A stretch of DNA of 64,000 bases from Sarea resinae. Taxonomy: Eukaryota. The translations under genes and the position numbers were made by a program. Location of the stretch: the NCBI GenBank assembly GCA_026026165.1, contig JAPEUD010000008.1, positions 1-64,000 of the forward strand, in the 5' to 3' direction. Below are positions 47,372 to 60,147 of the stretch, piece after piece; positions within the stretch are counted from its first letter, which is position 1, and the number at the start of each line of letters is the position of its first letter. The notes under the pieces are model-generated. The model was not told where the DNA came from. It did no database searches and saw nothing but the letters and a program-made list of their open reading frames with translations.

Positions 47372-50300
47372 TCACAAGAATTTGACCTCGCCAAACAAGC
47401 TCGCTCGGACCTGGACCAACGCCGCCAGCTCCAGGATGAATTCCTGGAGGATGATGACGTTGGTGAGGAGATGGTTGAGAGAGACAGAGGTGCTGGCCAT
47501 CTCTGCATCGTCTTCTTCCTTCCCCTCATCGGCTGCGTCGTGCTTGCGTTGCTGTTGCTCAGTGTCAACGTCTGATTCGAGCTGCGACACATCCGGCTCC
47601 TGTGTATCATCTCGGCCGTCGATATTGCTGGCATCGCCGTTCGCCGGTTCCTTCGGGGTCTGCGGATGCACCTTTGCAGGACTGACTTCAGAGGTCTTTG
47701 CTGGACGCACGGCAATCTTGCGCTTCAGGAAGTCGGTGTTATCGGAACCGAAACTGGGAAGGCCGTGGGGAGGAGTGTGCGTGGTAGAGGACAGATTATC
47801 ACGGAGGGGAGACCTCGAGAATGCACGTCTATTTCTGCTTTCTTGAGAGGATGTAGGCGAACTCAGGCGAGTATGTCGCATGGCTCGACCAGAAGGCGAA
47901 GGGATCGGCAGTATCTTGCTACCCTGCGCACGGCCGCGAGGTGAACTGGAGCGTGACATGCCATCGGAGAAGATTCGTTGCGAGATTGATTCGATGGCCG
48001 GCATCCGCTGTGGCGTGGGCATTTGAATGGTATCGTCCGGACTGGCCTCCTGGCTGGACAGAGGAGCTGAGGCTAGAGCGTCGTTGAGCTTGTCGCTGAC
48101 TTGGAATGCCTCCTTTCGTTCGGCAAGATATCTGTCAAATGCTGGTACTTCGTCACGAAAGCAGTCTAATTGCTGGACGAGGCTTTGGAGACTGGCAAAG
48201 ACGGGCGGCGTATGCTCTTTCGACCATGAAGGTTCCCTCCGGGCTGACTGCATGGCGCATATCTGCTGTTTCTCGTACTCTTCGATTGGATCTAAGAAAG
48301 AATCCAAGCTCCCCGATCCATCGGCATGTTGGCTCCTTTCCATTTTGCTTTCCTCGAGATCCTCGTCGTACTCGTATTTTGAAGGGTCCACGAGTAGCCA
48401 GCCTTCAAGATGCATGTAACCACAGCAGGCTAGAGCCACGATAGCCTCAGTCAGAGCAAAATTCGTCTCCACAGTATTGGTGAAGAATGTGCTCAACGTG
48501 TCTAGGAGACACTTGAGGAGAGGATCTTCTAAACTCAAGGAATGCTGATACGCCTCTCTCGGACCAGCTTCAAGAATGGAGTCACCGCCCGGCTTTTTGG
48601 CAGATCCGCCATGACCCTTTATCGCCAGGAGTTGCATCGAGCAGGGATGCGTCTCCAAGATTTTGAGGGTGTCTTTGAGATAATTCTCATACGACTCATC
48701 AATTCCGTCAAGGGTTCCAACATCTTGAACAAGGCCAAACAGGGCCTCGAGCTCTTTATTGTAGGCACCGACTGTACGCTGCGGTGCGGACGGACCAACA
48801 TGTGCGGTCCTTAATAGTGTCGGGACGGCGTAGAGGTGGTGTCTTCTTAAGATGACGGAGACCAACTTGAGCGTTGCTGTGACTGTTTGCTGGCTTTTGG
48901 ACCGCATACTGGTCAAGATTAGGTCTACAAGGTTAAAGATTGCCGGCGTGGTCTTGTCTTCAAGACTTGCATAACGTGCGAGCAGGTCCAAGGATTTACG
49001 CCGTCTCTCAGCAAGCGGAGACCGGGTAGTGGAGGGGGATTCCGGAAAAGACTGGTCTGGTAGGGCGAGGAGATAGTGAAGAACCAAATGAATAAGATCT
49101 GGGTGGTCGAGGGAATCGAGAATATGTCTGAGATAGGTGAGCACAGCAACCGAACCTCCATCGACATCGGAGGATTCGAGAAGAGATGGGTATCTGTACC
49201 GTTAGCAAGACCATCGAACATTTCGAATTGGAACACAACGCACAATAATTGCTGCAAGAATAATATCTGGAAATGGTCAAGGAGAGTTTCCTTTACATCG
49301 TACGACCGGCAGTGCTCAAGAACGTCCTGCCAGAACATGAGATAGGACAAAAATGTCTGCATATGTGCCTGAAAGTCGGGAGAGGCAGAACTCTCAGCAT
49401 GAAGGGCCTTCTCTACGTCTTGATGATCGGATAAGGCCAGGACCACGGGGGTTTCCTCTTCGGGGTAAGATATCACGAGTTTCCTACTCTGTATAAGTGT
49501 CTGTTGCCCCATCGATCACGCAGGGAATATGACGAACCGACTCAACTGGCTGTAAAGCGCCCCCAATCCGCTCGCCATCAGCGTCGCGAGATCACTTTTC
49601 ACAATCCATCGTTCTAGATCTTTCGAATTAGATGCCGATTCGATGATATATAGCAGCCCGGTCCGGGCAAAGTCTCCAACCCGCCCTTCGTGATGGACAT
49701 AGTCTATCAGTAGATAGAACAGCGGAAAATCCTCCTTGTTGGTCACACCGGCGAACTTGGGTCCATCCCCATTGCTCACCACTCGCCGAGCTCCGTGCGA
49801 TTGTAACGTAAACCAAACGGGCAGAATTTCGGGCTGCAACCTGATCTTTGCCGCAATTCCAAACAACAGCTCCACCACTTCTCCCTCAGTATCTGCACTC
49901 ACGATCATTGCACTTGTACCTGCAATCTTCCCGAACAGAGCCATGAGAGCCCTGGCAAAGCCGTCATTGCCGAGGAACTCTTCCTCCTCGCTATCGATGA
50001 GTGTACTAAAGGCGGAGAGAGCTTCCCTGACAACGCCATCGTTGAGCGAAGTCGATGCAACTTTGGAGACGGTAACGTAAATCTGGGACGAAGCAGCGAA
50101 AGAGGTGCATAGATGTGGAGCCGGAGCTCGGGATTCTTCCTGGAGTAGGGAGGTCAGGCGTTGCAAGCAAAGGCGCAGGCCGTCGGTGATAGCTGGATCA
50201 GCGCTGTGAGAAGGAGCACCTCGCCACGTTTGCTGAATGGTCGTCAGCAAAGCCCACAGATCCAAGACGTTCGAAGCCTCTGCATACCAGGAGTTGGTTA

Positions 50301-50472
50301 TAGACCCGCTTGAAGCGTGCTAGACGTTGCTGTGGATTGTTTGCGACAGACTGCTTGCTGGAAGCAGACCCGACGCCCCCAATGAGTCTTGCCCACTGTT
50401 AGACTGAGTGTCAGCCTCCTTGTTCTCTGAATGCGTGAAGCCGTCATCTGGTAAAGCACGTACGAAGTCCAT
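47372..50472 (-). CDS. FTS/Hook-interacting protein (FHIP, RAI16-like family), 5 exons
   Basis: MDF|WARLIGG..NNPQQRLARFKRVYNQLL, DFPLFYLLIDYVHHEGRVGDFARTGLLYIIE, SDLATLMASGLGALYSQLSR, LTNVIILQEFILELAALVQVRASLF. Confidence 0.9.
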
Positions 50473-50909
50473 GATATCTCCATACTCATGTTTACCTCTC
50501 GTATCTTGATATCGGCAAGCTACTACGGTGCCTCTTCGAGGTCTTCGGTCTGTCGTGTCGCGTCTCTCGCTTACGGAGTGCAATCGGTCACTTGTCACCA
50601 ACACATTCCAATTTCGAATTTCTTGACATTTGATAAGCTAATGATATAAAGTCGAAAATATGATTTCGGTTCATCGCATAGATGAGCCAAATCTCCGCTA
50701 TAGCCATGAATACTTCCATGCCGCCCTAACGCCACGTTATATGCTCTGTGCTAGTAGACACCGTGATCCTCTCGTGCCAAGTCGAGCGCTTTCACGGAAA
50801 CCGCAACACCGAGACCGCCCGGAAACTCCAAGGTCAAGAAGACCAGCAAATAGCTCATAGCCTGTAGGTAATGGCAAAAAAAACCTGCAGCATCCCGAGT
50901 CCACCGTCG

Positions 50910-51690
50910 TCAGAACTCTTCGCTATCCTTCCGCTTCTTTCTGCCGCCTCGTTTCCTCTTTCCATCCGACCCTTCGTCGCCGTCCTCGGCCTTTTCGGCC
51001 GCTGGAGGTCCATCTGGAACCTTTGCGATAATGTCTTGCAAGAAGTCGAATTGCTCGTCCTTTGAGATCGCTTGCTTGAGGTGAGCGGCCGTAATTCGTT
51101 TTGAAGATCGTGATTTCGCCTCATTTGAAGCTTTGCAGACTAGGGAGATCATGAAGAGCTCAAGAGCTTTCGCTGGAGAACGAGAGGGCATATTAGCGAA
51201 CACTGCAACGCACAGGATCGCTAGGGCCAGAAGACTTACAAACGACAACCGGTGTGACTTGGGCGACCTTTCCAACATCCTCATCGGCCTGCATGATCCG
51301 TTTTATTCTGGCAACAGGAAACTTCGTCTTCACCTCAATTCCCTCGGCCGCCCCCGGTGTGACTCCCGTGCCGCTCTTCACTTTTCTGCTCCTGCGACCG
51401 CCTTCGCGACCCGATGAGCTCGCTATCGCCGTCGGCTCCGGAAGCCATTCATCGTCCTCCATTTTGAGGCCATTGCCAGCCATTGGCTGAGTGCTGTAAG
51501 GTTGTGGCTGGAGATATGGTGGTTGCTGTGGATAGTAAGGCGGAGGATGGTACTCGTAATTCGACTGCGAAACGGACGCTCGATATGGCTGAGTTTGCGA
51601 ATGAAAGGACGCGGCAGGCGGCTCTGGTACGTAGGACGACTGGTACGCGGACAAGTCGGGCGACCGCGGTGCATAAGTGCCTTCGTCCAT
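50910..51690 (-). CDS. BUR6: NC2 alpha (Bur6/DRAP1) histone-fold transcription cofactor, 2 exons
   Basis: [62 protein letters not shown]. Confidence 0.9.
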
Positions 51691-52704
51691 GGTTGGGCTC
51701 CCGGGTTCGGTCGCCCGTAATATAGCCAGGCAGGCACGGACGGGGGATTATGATTTGGCGGGCAAACGAACAAGGAAGATCAAGACGGCGTAGGCAGAGT
51801 AGAGTAGAGTAAGGTAGTACAGGGCGAGCTAATACAGGCAAGCAGAGGAGGTAGCTGGAGGTATGTTTCGAGAACTGACGCTACTGCACGCAATCGCATC
51901 CAAAGCGGTGCGCCTCGGGAGGCGGGCGTTGCGAGTCAAGGAGGGCGGTGAGGGAGCGAGGGAGCGGAATGCCGTCGTCGATACGAGCTCAATCAAGGGT
52001 CTTGTTCAGGGAGGGGGACTGGCTATTGCCGGTCCTGCCCTGGTCGAGATGTATGTCGTTGGGGAATGGATGTAAGATGAAGTAATAAGGGAAGGTCGTT
52101 GAGCCCTCTGATAAGAATTGCTTGGTGCCGTCCTTGGGAGTCAATGTTTTTTTTTGTTTTTCTTTCTTTCGCAAGGTTGATGCGGCAGAAAAGAGCAAAG
52201 GGATTGGCCGATGAGCGATCCAGATGGCTCGATAGGTAGGCAGGTACCTGAGGCAAGGTTGGGCGCGGCGGGGGGCCAGAGGTATCGGGTACTTTTGCGG
52301 TGGGTTGCCAATCGATCAGCCGGGTGTTGACAGCTGGAGGTGCAGAGGTACTGGAGTAGAGGTGCAGAGCTGCAGTGGTGCAGTGGTGGACCGGCGACCC
52401 TACTACTGCCTAAGGTACTGCGTACGCTCCGAGAAAGCAGAGACAGCTGGACGCGAGCGAGGCCGAGGGAGGGGGTTCACCATATGGTTATATACTTGCT
52501 GCATGCGTACCTGACCAACGCGCAATGGATCCATTAGGGTTCGATGCATGTCGCGACCCGCCGAGTCCAAGTACCCTTTCCGCGTGCGCCGCGGCCACAG
52601 CTACTTCGGCCGACCTGCCTGGGTACTCGACTCGAGTAGAGTACGGCGCACCAGCCGGTACCGCAGGGAAGCAGAAAAACAGAAAACAGCTGGAGAAAAC
52701 CTTT

Positions 52705-52746
52705 GCCCCTCGCCCCTCGCCCCTCGCCCCTCGCCCCTCGCCCCTC
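52705..52746 (+). repeat. (GCCCCTC)6 perfect heptamer tandem repeat
   Basis: Six exact units. Confidence 0.95.
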
Positions 52747-53760
52747 CAGTCCTCTCCCTTTGTCGTCTTTCTCGCTTGCCGCCCACCGCACGCAGACACG
52801 CACCAACGCACCCACGCAGCTAGAAGACAACGCCCATGGCCAGCAGGGAACAGCATACAAGTACAGCATGCAAGTACGGCAAGCTACCACGAACCGGTGT
52901 CATCAACCAGCCCCGATGAGGAAAGGACCACCTCGTCCCATATTTCGGTAGAAGGCGACCATGCACGAGGCAATGAAATGATCGACTCTCTCATCTTCGC
53001 TCTACCTTGCACTTACCGGAGTTGGCCAGGCACCTTTGGTGCATAAGAGAGGACGAAAACGCCGAAGATGGAGGAAATGAAGTGGAGATGGGCCGGCAGT
53101 GAATGTGGAAATGCGGCTCAAGTCGGCCGTCACCGATGAGATGCTTTGTCCAGAGACCGACTGGCAGCGCATAGATACTCCTACTCGTACCGCGTAGATC
53201 ATGATGCAAACCCACTGCGCTGATGCCTAACAGATGCAATGCATAAATGAATGGGATGAATCAGTGACAGCACAGGGCCAGCCAACCCCAAGGAGGACCG
53301 CCACAGCCCGGGAGAGAAAAAGCAAAAAAGAAAGGAACGCGCGCGGACGCGTCTTCTCGGCCTCCGTACCACGAGCCGCATGGAGTACGGCATCCGTAAT
53401 CATACAGTATCTCCAACCTACCGCATATAGCAACCACCTCCTGTGCCATCGATTGACACTCTCAATTTCCACGTTGAATGATGACAGAGCAATAAAACCC
53501 CTAGACCCCATCAACCAAACCAAACCCAACCCAACCCAATCCCCTGGTCCCGAATCCCAAGATCCCAGAATCCCAAGCCCCCCAAAAGAGCTCCGCAGAA
53601 CCGTCCCTGTCTCTAGATACTCTCTCCCACTTGCTTGCTTGCCTACCTGTCCCGACGTCGGTCAAGGAGCCCGCTTTCGACGCTCTGTCGTCGGCGGTGT
53701 GGTTCCTTACTCTCGTTCGCAGGTGGGCGTGTAGGGGGCGGGCGAGCACGAGCACAAGCA

Positions 53761-54144
53761 TCAGCACTGCATTATGCCCCTAACTTGCTCTGCTTGCTTG
53801 CTTAGATGCTTGACGAACAGCCATATCGCGCGATCCACGATCCCGTGACGCTGTGCGGGGAATGAGACTCGAGTGCGGTTCTGCTCTCTGATCCAGGCCT
53901 CCCGGAATTCCTCGATCCCGTCGGAATCATGGGTAGTACGGGACGTTCTTTCAGACAGACCCTCCTTTGGGGGGGGTGGGCTTCTAGGGAGGGGAGGGGA
54001 GATCTGAGGATCTGGGGTTTCGGGTTCTGGGGAAGTGAGGTTGAAGGTTGGAGATTTGGGAGGGTCTGTGAAGGCCCAATTTACTTGATCTAATCTGACA
54101 ACACTATCGAGAGCTGCGTCCATGTCTTTCTCTGCATTCATCAC
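53761..54144 (-). CDS. Possible small orphan protein, 127 aa
   Basis: Isolated single-exon ORF with protein-like composition and a Pro-rich centre; no recognisable domain. Confidence 0.35.
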   Translation of the reverse strand: MMNAEKDMDAALDSVVRLDQVNWAFTDPPKSPTFNLTSPEPETPDPQISPPLPRSPPPPKEGLSERTSRTTHDSDGIEEFREAWIREQNRTRVSFPAQRHGIVDRAIWLFVKHLSKQAEQVRGIMQC

Positions 54145-54224
54145 TGTATTGATTATATCAACCTATCTTTTTTATGCGGAGACTAAACCCTCTCCTTCCC
54201 CCCACCTCCGCACATACACATATA

Positions 54225-54803
54225 TTCTCTCTCTCTCTCTCTCTCTCTCTCCCTCTCTCTCCCCCCCCCTCTCTCTCTCCCTCTCTCTCTCGCTCGCTCG
54301 CTCGCTCGCTTTTCCTCTTCTTCCTCTTTCCCTTTCCCCTATATTCCATCTCCACTCTTCGCTTCTCCAAGCAGGAATGTGCGGGCCCAGGAGTGGCACA
54401 ATCAAAGTCCCATTCTTATGTCGAGGATCCAACTCCAAGTGGCCAAGGAAGGAAGCTGGCAAGATACAGTGTGGTACAGTGCCGTTTGCTGCTTTCTATC
54501 CGTCGTCGTTGTCATTCATTCATTCATTCATCATCATCATCATCATCATCATCTTGGTAATCCGATCCGTAACAACAGAACAGAACCGAACGGAATGCGC
54601 GTGAGAAGCGAGGAGGATTGTATACAGGATATTTTGGATTTATCTTCTCTAATGCGAATGACGCTGTGGGTGTGGATGTGGATGTGGATGTACGTAATGC
54701 GTACCTAATAATAAAGACCACACCATGCATGCCGCGTTTGTTGCAGCGACGCAGGTTCTAATACACGCAGACTTTTTCTTCTTCTTCTTCTTCTTCTTCT
54801 TCT
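54225..54803 (+). repeat. Cluster of microsatellites: (CT)n, (CTCG)n, (TCA)n, (TTC)n
   Basis: Directly visible at about 54225-54310, 54527-54553 and 54776-54803. Confidence 0.85.
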
Positions 54804-54899
54804 TTCTATGCCATCAATACAGGAAACAAAAAAAGCCGATGCAACGTACACGCAGCCCCGGGGCTCCCCCAGATAGAAAAAAAAACAAAAAAAAAACAA

Positions 54900-56280
54900 T
54901 CAGGTATCTTTGACCCAGCTCCCATCCTGCATGCGACCTTCACGGGCCGGGCCCTCCTCCCTCCAGGTCTCGACCAGGCTAGCCTTGGGGTCCTCGTCGG
55001 GGAGCCCGCGCAGCTTGCGGAGCTTGAGCACCTCGGCGCGCACGCGCATCGCGCACTCCATGCGCAGCTCGATGGCCTCTCGGCCGTATTTGAGCCGGTC
55101 CGTCAGCACGCCCACGGCGAAGCTACCGGCACCAGCACCGGCACCAGCGCCATCGCCGCCGCCGCCGCTCTGCCCCGCTTGCAGCGCGTCTTCCTCGCGC
55201 CGTCGAAGGCGCTGCCACCGCTGTCGCAGGTCGCCGAAGATGTCGTCCGTGTCGACCGGGGCGCCAAAGGTGATGCTGATGTTCTTGAAGACTCTGGGGA
55301 TGAAGCGCGGGAAGGTGCGAGACTCGTGCATGACTTCGTCGATGCCCTCGATCCAGATGGGCACGACGGCGGGACAGGGCTCGCTCTCGAGGATCAGCCG
55401 CGCCACGCCCCATTTGAAGTACCGCATCGCCTTGTCTTCGCGCTGGTGGATCTTGCCCTCGGGGAAGATGTGGATCCAGCTGTATCGTCGGCTGGGGTAC
55501 ACTGACGGCGCCGGGAAGGTGTCGGCTCCCGTCGTGCTGTAGGTTAGCTGGCCGGATGAAAACGGATCGGTGACCACGGGGTTGAAGGCTGGCGCATGCG
55601 ACGGGGGCGTAGAGTGTTCTGAGTACGGCGTAAAGGGGCCGCGGCAAAGCAGTCGGATGGCCTCGGTGATGGTAGGCTGAAAGAGGCCGCCAAACTTGGA
55701 ATGCGCAGCCCGATGGGTGGGCAGGACTTGGCCGGTGCTGAAAAAGGTCGAAAGGGCGCTTTATTTGGTGACGATGATTTAGCTGTAGCTTAAATTAGGG
55801 GCAAATCAAGGGCCGACTGACTTATTGGTAAAGCAGATATCATAGCTCCCTAATCCCCAGCGAAGATTATCCGGTGAGAGCATGTTCTGCAGGGGCAGAG
55901 CGCCCCAGATCAACGGATCATCAACCCTGCATCGTAGCCTGTGAGCCACGCTTCGGAACGACTTCCAAACTCCGGGTTACATACGTACACGCTGACATGA
56001 TTCGAAACTGTAGAGAAGGACTAAAGCATCAGCACATCCGTCCTCCCAAAAAAATGCCAACGATGTGCGCCTTACCAGTTATCAACCCTCTCTGCCGGCC
56101 TTGCACATCCCGCCGCTCGTCCAGCAGGTCTCGAAAGCCGTCCAGCCCATGCAATTCCGTTTTGTTGAGCCCGAATAAGAAGACCTTGGAGATCAGGCCC
56201 GTCGTGAGCATCGTGATGGTCGATGTAATGCGCCATGGTAGGCTAGGGCACTCGGGGTGCCCATCATCTTTGCCTGACAT
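54900..56280 (-). CDS. TAZ1: Tafazzin (cardiolipin transacylase), 4 exons
   Basis: GLIT|VSNHVSV|VDDPLIWG (HX4D), LRWGLGSYDICF, GQVLPTHR, WIHIFPEGKIHQ, YFKWGVARLILE. Confidence 0.95.
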
Positions 56281-57532
56281 TTGCCTCAGCTACGATGAGA
56301 GAGCTGCTGCTGCTGCTCCTGCGTGCGCACCGCTGCAACGACGAGTTCGCCCGCTCACAACAACCGACCTCCTTGTGGTTATATTCTGCGCATTGACGGC
56401 CGCACCTAGGGATGATGGTATCTCGAAGGATTGGTGGGGCGCAAGCAGGTATGTAGGTATGTTGTATGTAGGTATGTAGGCGGGTAGGTAGAAGGTCGAG
56501 GGGCAAATTGTTGTAGCTTCAGATTGCTGGTGTAAGGTATCCCAATAAGCGTTTTCTCATTAGCACGTTCCAAGGTTCCCCGAGGTTCAAGGTCGCTAAT
56601 AATGACGATCTGGGTCCGGGATGAGAGGAACACGAAAATTCTCGTGGAGGCATTGTTTCTCCGGTGTCCGAGGCTCAATGGAACCTCCAGCTGAACCTTC
56701 ACCAATAATCCACATGGACCTCACCTACGCATGTTCATCGTCATTGAATCTTATATGAATCCTTCGAGGATCATTCTTATTGATCAGAGGAAGCATCGAT
56801 GGCTCTGCAGGCCCATTCTGAGACCCTCGACTATTCCAGGATGTCTATCTCGACCTACTCGGAAGTACAGAAGTTCAGGCGGTGTGCTTCCATAGAGTGA
56901 TGATACCCTCAGTTTACTGATGACTCTGATCGAGTATACAGAGGTCCTTTCTCTCTTGAGACCTTGCGTCGACTCTCCGTGGACACGAGCGGGCGCTTTG
57001 AATCATGGGTGGCGAGGTTGATCCATCCAAGTAGCTGCACACCAAAATTGGGAGGCGAGAGGACTGGGTGGATCGTGGGATAGCTGACTATTCCTGTACA
57101 TCATCATCAATAGGATATTCACAAAGTTGCAGTGGTCTGGAGTAGCATTGACTACGATCTCACTTATCCGATGAGCAAGTAATTGAGTAACTGAGGTAGT
57201 AAGGAACACCACGAGTTTTATGTCATTTTATTCCTTTATTAGAAAAGTATCTATTCCATCTGTCTGTTCGGTGTTATTTGTCCAGATAGTGTGGTGTGGT
57301 GTGGTGTAGCATAGCATGGCAAAATATAGCACAGCAGAGTATCGCAGAGGGTAGCACAGCATAGCAAGCAAGCAAGCATCGCATGCTATCTTCTCCATCA
57401 GTCGATCGACTAGACGACCTAGACCATACCAGTCCTACTCAGACTGACCACTCAGACTGACCAGACAGACAGACAGAGATGACACAACACGCCACAGCAC
57501 GCCCGACGAGACCGACCTGGTAAACTGATCCC

Positions 57533-60147
57533 CTAATCCCCACCTCTCCTCCTCCCATCCGCCCTCCTCACGCGCTTCTGCTCTTCCTCGCGCAGCCAGC
57601 GCTGCTGGAAGCTTCCGGGCGGCGCCACATCGTCCGACGGCCGCGAGCCCATGGTGCGGATGTCGCTGGGGTCGTAGCCGCTGCTGCCGTCGATGCTACC
57701 GACGAAGAAGGGCACCTCGGCCGCTTCGCGCGCGAGCGACTGAGACGCGCGTCGGTACGATGCCGTCGCGGCCTGCTGAAACGGGTTGCCCATGAAGGTC
57801 GGCGTGCCGCGGATCGGGTTGTTGGGCGTGGTCGCGGATGTGGGACTGAGAGACGCGTGGGGAAAACCAATGGCTCGCGGTTGGGGAGAGTCGGTGCTGC
57901 CGATCGTTCGGGGCTGGGGAGAGGCCGTGCTAGCGACTGGGTTATTATTGGTGGTGGATGAGCTGGAAGTGTTTGTGGCTGTGGCGGGGCCGCGACCGTG
58001 ATGACGGTCGGATTCGTCTTGTTCCATTTTATCGGAACGGGCGTTGAGGCCATGAAGACGTTTAGACGTGGCTTCTTCCGGGGCGTACGAGACGGAGCCC
58101 TTGTCATCTGGACCGGGCGGCTCCATGGGTTTCGGAGTCGGGATGCGCATGGTGGAGACGTTGGCTCGGGGGGAACCGACCTGATTCAAAGCGTCGCCTT
58201 CGGATTCGCGAGATATCTCTCTAGCTTGTTCGTCCTCGTGGTGGCGCTCGAACGTGGTCGTTGCTTCGTTCTTACGTTGATCGTCTTGGGATGTCTGGTC
58301 TTTCGATTCTCTAGGATCACCGTATTTGGTAATCAAGCCTCTTCTCCAAGACTGAGGGCCAACGTTCCCTATACCACTTGGAGGCGAGGTAGGCTTTGGA
58401 AAGGATGATGTCTGGGCTTCTAGAAGAGACTCGTAGTCGAGGGCGAGATTAGGTTTGCGAGGGCCGGAAGGAAAAGGACCAACGTGAGCTGCAGCAGAGT
58501 GAGCCCAAGTCACAGAAGAGCGGAGCTGAAGGACATGCGGTCCCAGCCACGAGCAGGCAACATACCAGTCTCAGCAGGTGCGGTGCCCGGCATGCCGTGA
58601 TCGTACCGACTACGACCAAAGGTGTCAGGCATCCGACTACGTGAGTCAAACGAGTGAGCCCCAATCTGGCTCACTTGGCCTTGATGCATCACATTCTTGG
58701 CAGCAAGCCTGTCGAGAAGAGCTTGCCTGTCGTGGTACTCGTACTGAGAGGCACGGGGAGCGACATATGACGGGTCTTGCTCCTCATCAAACCCAAAGAT
58801 GGCGTCGTCGTCATCGTTATCATCATCGTCGTCAGGTGCGTCACGTGGGTCCTGCTCCTTCGGCTCAAGTGATGCTGTCACACGCGTCAGTCCTGTCGCG
58901 GTGTTGTGACCACAGTAGCAAGCAAGCAAAGCAAACTTACGAGACTGAGTGCCGGCCACACTGCCAGATGCCGTTGGGGCCATTGCAAGAGTCTTGTCGT
59001 GAGACCCTTCGTCGTGCATAGTTGACCTATCGCCCTTTTGCTGCTCCAGAGCCTCAGGTTTGTGGTAAGTAAGAAGTGGATGTTCCAATCTGGGGTTGTA
59101 GTTCTCCGAAATAGAGGACTCCGGAGAAGGCGAATTTAGAGTGCTGGGTGACTTCGATTCGTCCTCGGCATCACTCGGGCTTATTTCCGCCGCCTCGATT
59201 CCTGATATGGCAATCTCCTCGACGCTGTCCGAAGGCCGAACAATGATATCGTTTAGCTGAAAAGTGACCCTTTTAGGACTTCCATTCTTCTTCTTCCGAT
59301 GAAGAGCAGAAGAACGTGGAGCAGGATTGGTCGCAATCGAGCTCGGAGGTGTCGTCTTCTTCGGTACAGACAGTTTGGGTAATGACGGCCGTGAATGCGA
59401 ATGTGAGTACGAATGCGAGTGGCTTGACCTCGATTCCCCTGATGAAGATTTCGTAATCGGTGATCTCCCATGCCTATGTGATCCATCCTCGGAACTCGCT
59501 CCGCCAGACCCCCTACTGCGTGATGAGCCTGCAGAGTCGCGTTTTGAGGACTTATGTGCCACTTTATGCCTTTCAACATCAAGCAGTGGTAGGAATAGAG
59601 GTGTAAACAATCCCCGGAACTCTTGTTCTCGTTGGTGTGGCGGTGTCTGGTCAGCACCCGGGCTTGTCTTTGAACGGGCCTCTCTGGCTTCCTTGCGCAA
59701 ATCCTCGCCGTGTTTCCGTAAAATGTCAAAATGCTGAGAAGCCTCGGGAGGTTGAACCTGAGGCGAGGTGAGCTCGCCTTCCTTCCGAGGAACATCTCCA
59801 GACCCCTCCATTGTGCCTGTGGTATCAGCCTGGGCGACGTTATCCTTCTTTCTCGCGAGTTCCGCTTGGCTTCTCAAGGCCTTCTCGAATTGTCGAAATT
59901 CCTCCTCCTTCTGCGCCTTGAATTTGGCAATCTCGTCGTCTAGTTGACGTCTTTTTTTATCTAGTGCGTCGATTATGTGCCTCGCCTCTTCATCATTATA
60001 TGTTTCTGATCGGTCCGGTGTTGACGCGTTTTCCACCGGTAAAGTGCTTGATTCCCTGGAACGACCGTCTCCATGCTTGCCAACTTTCTCTTCTCGGCTG
60101 CTATCAGGGGTTGTGTCCCGGGAAGATGAACTATCCAAAGAGACCAT
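57533..60147 (-). CDS. Hypothetical largely disordered protein with an N-terminal coiled coil, multi-exon
   Basis: ORFs 58510..60147 and 57533..58513 are joined by a GTATGT..CAG intron (about 58489-58565). A 66-nt in-frame intron lies at 58875-58940. Motifs LDDEIAKFKAQKEEEFRQFE and REQEFRGLFTPLFLPLLD. Confidence 0.75.

Noticed and set aside
50290..50472. Suspected frameshift at the start of the FHIP gene
   Set aside because: A G5 run keeps MDF|WARLIGGVGS...RLARFKR in frame after a normal intron.
56760..56935. Possible box C/D or U3-like snoRNA (GGATCATT, TGATGA, CTGA motifs, short terminal stem)
   Set aside because: Box order and spacing do not fit, and I could identify no rRNA guide; an Infernal/Rfam search would be needed.
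58489..58565. Apparent frameshift between ORFs 58510..60147 and 57533..58513
   Set aside because: Explained by an ordinary GTATGT...CAG intron.
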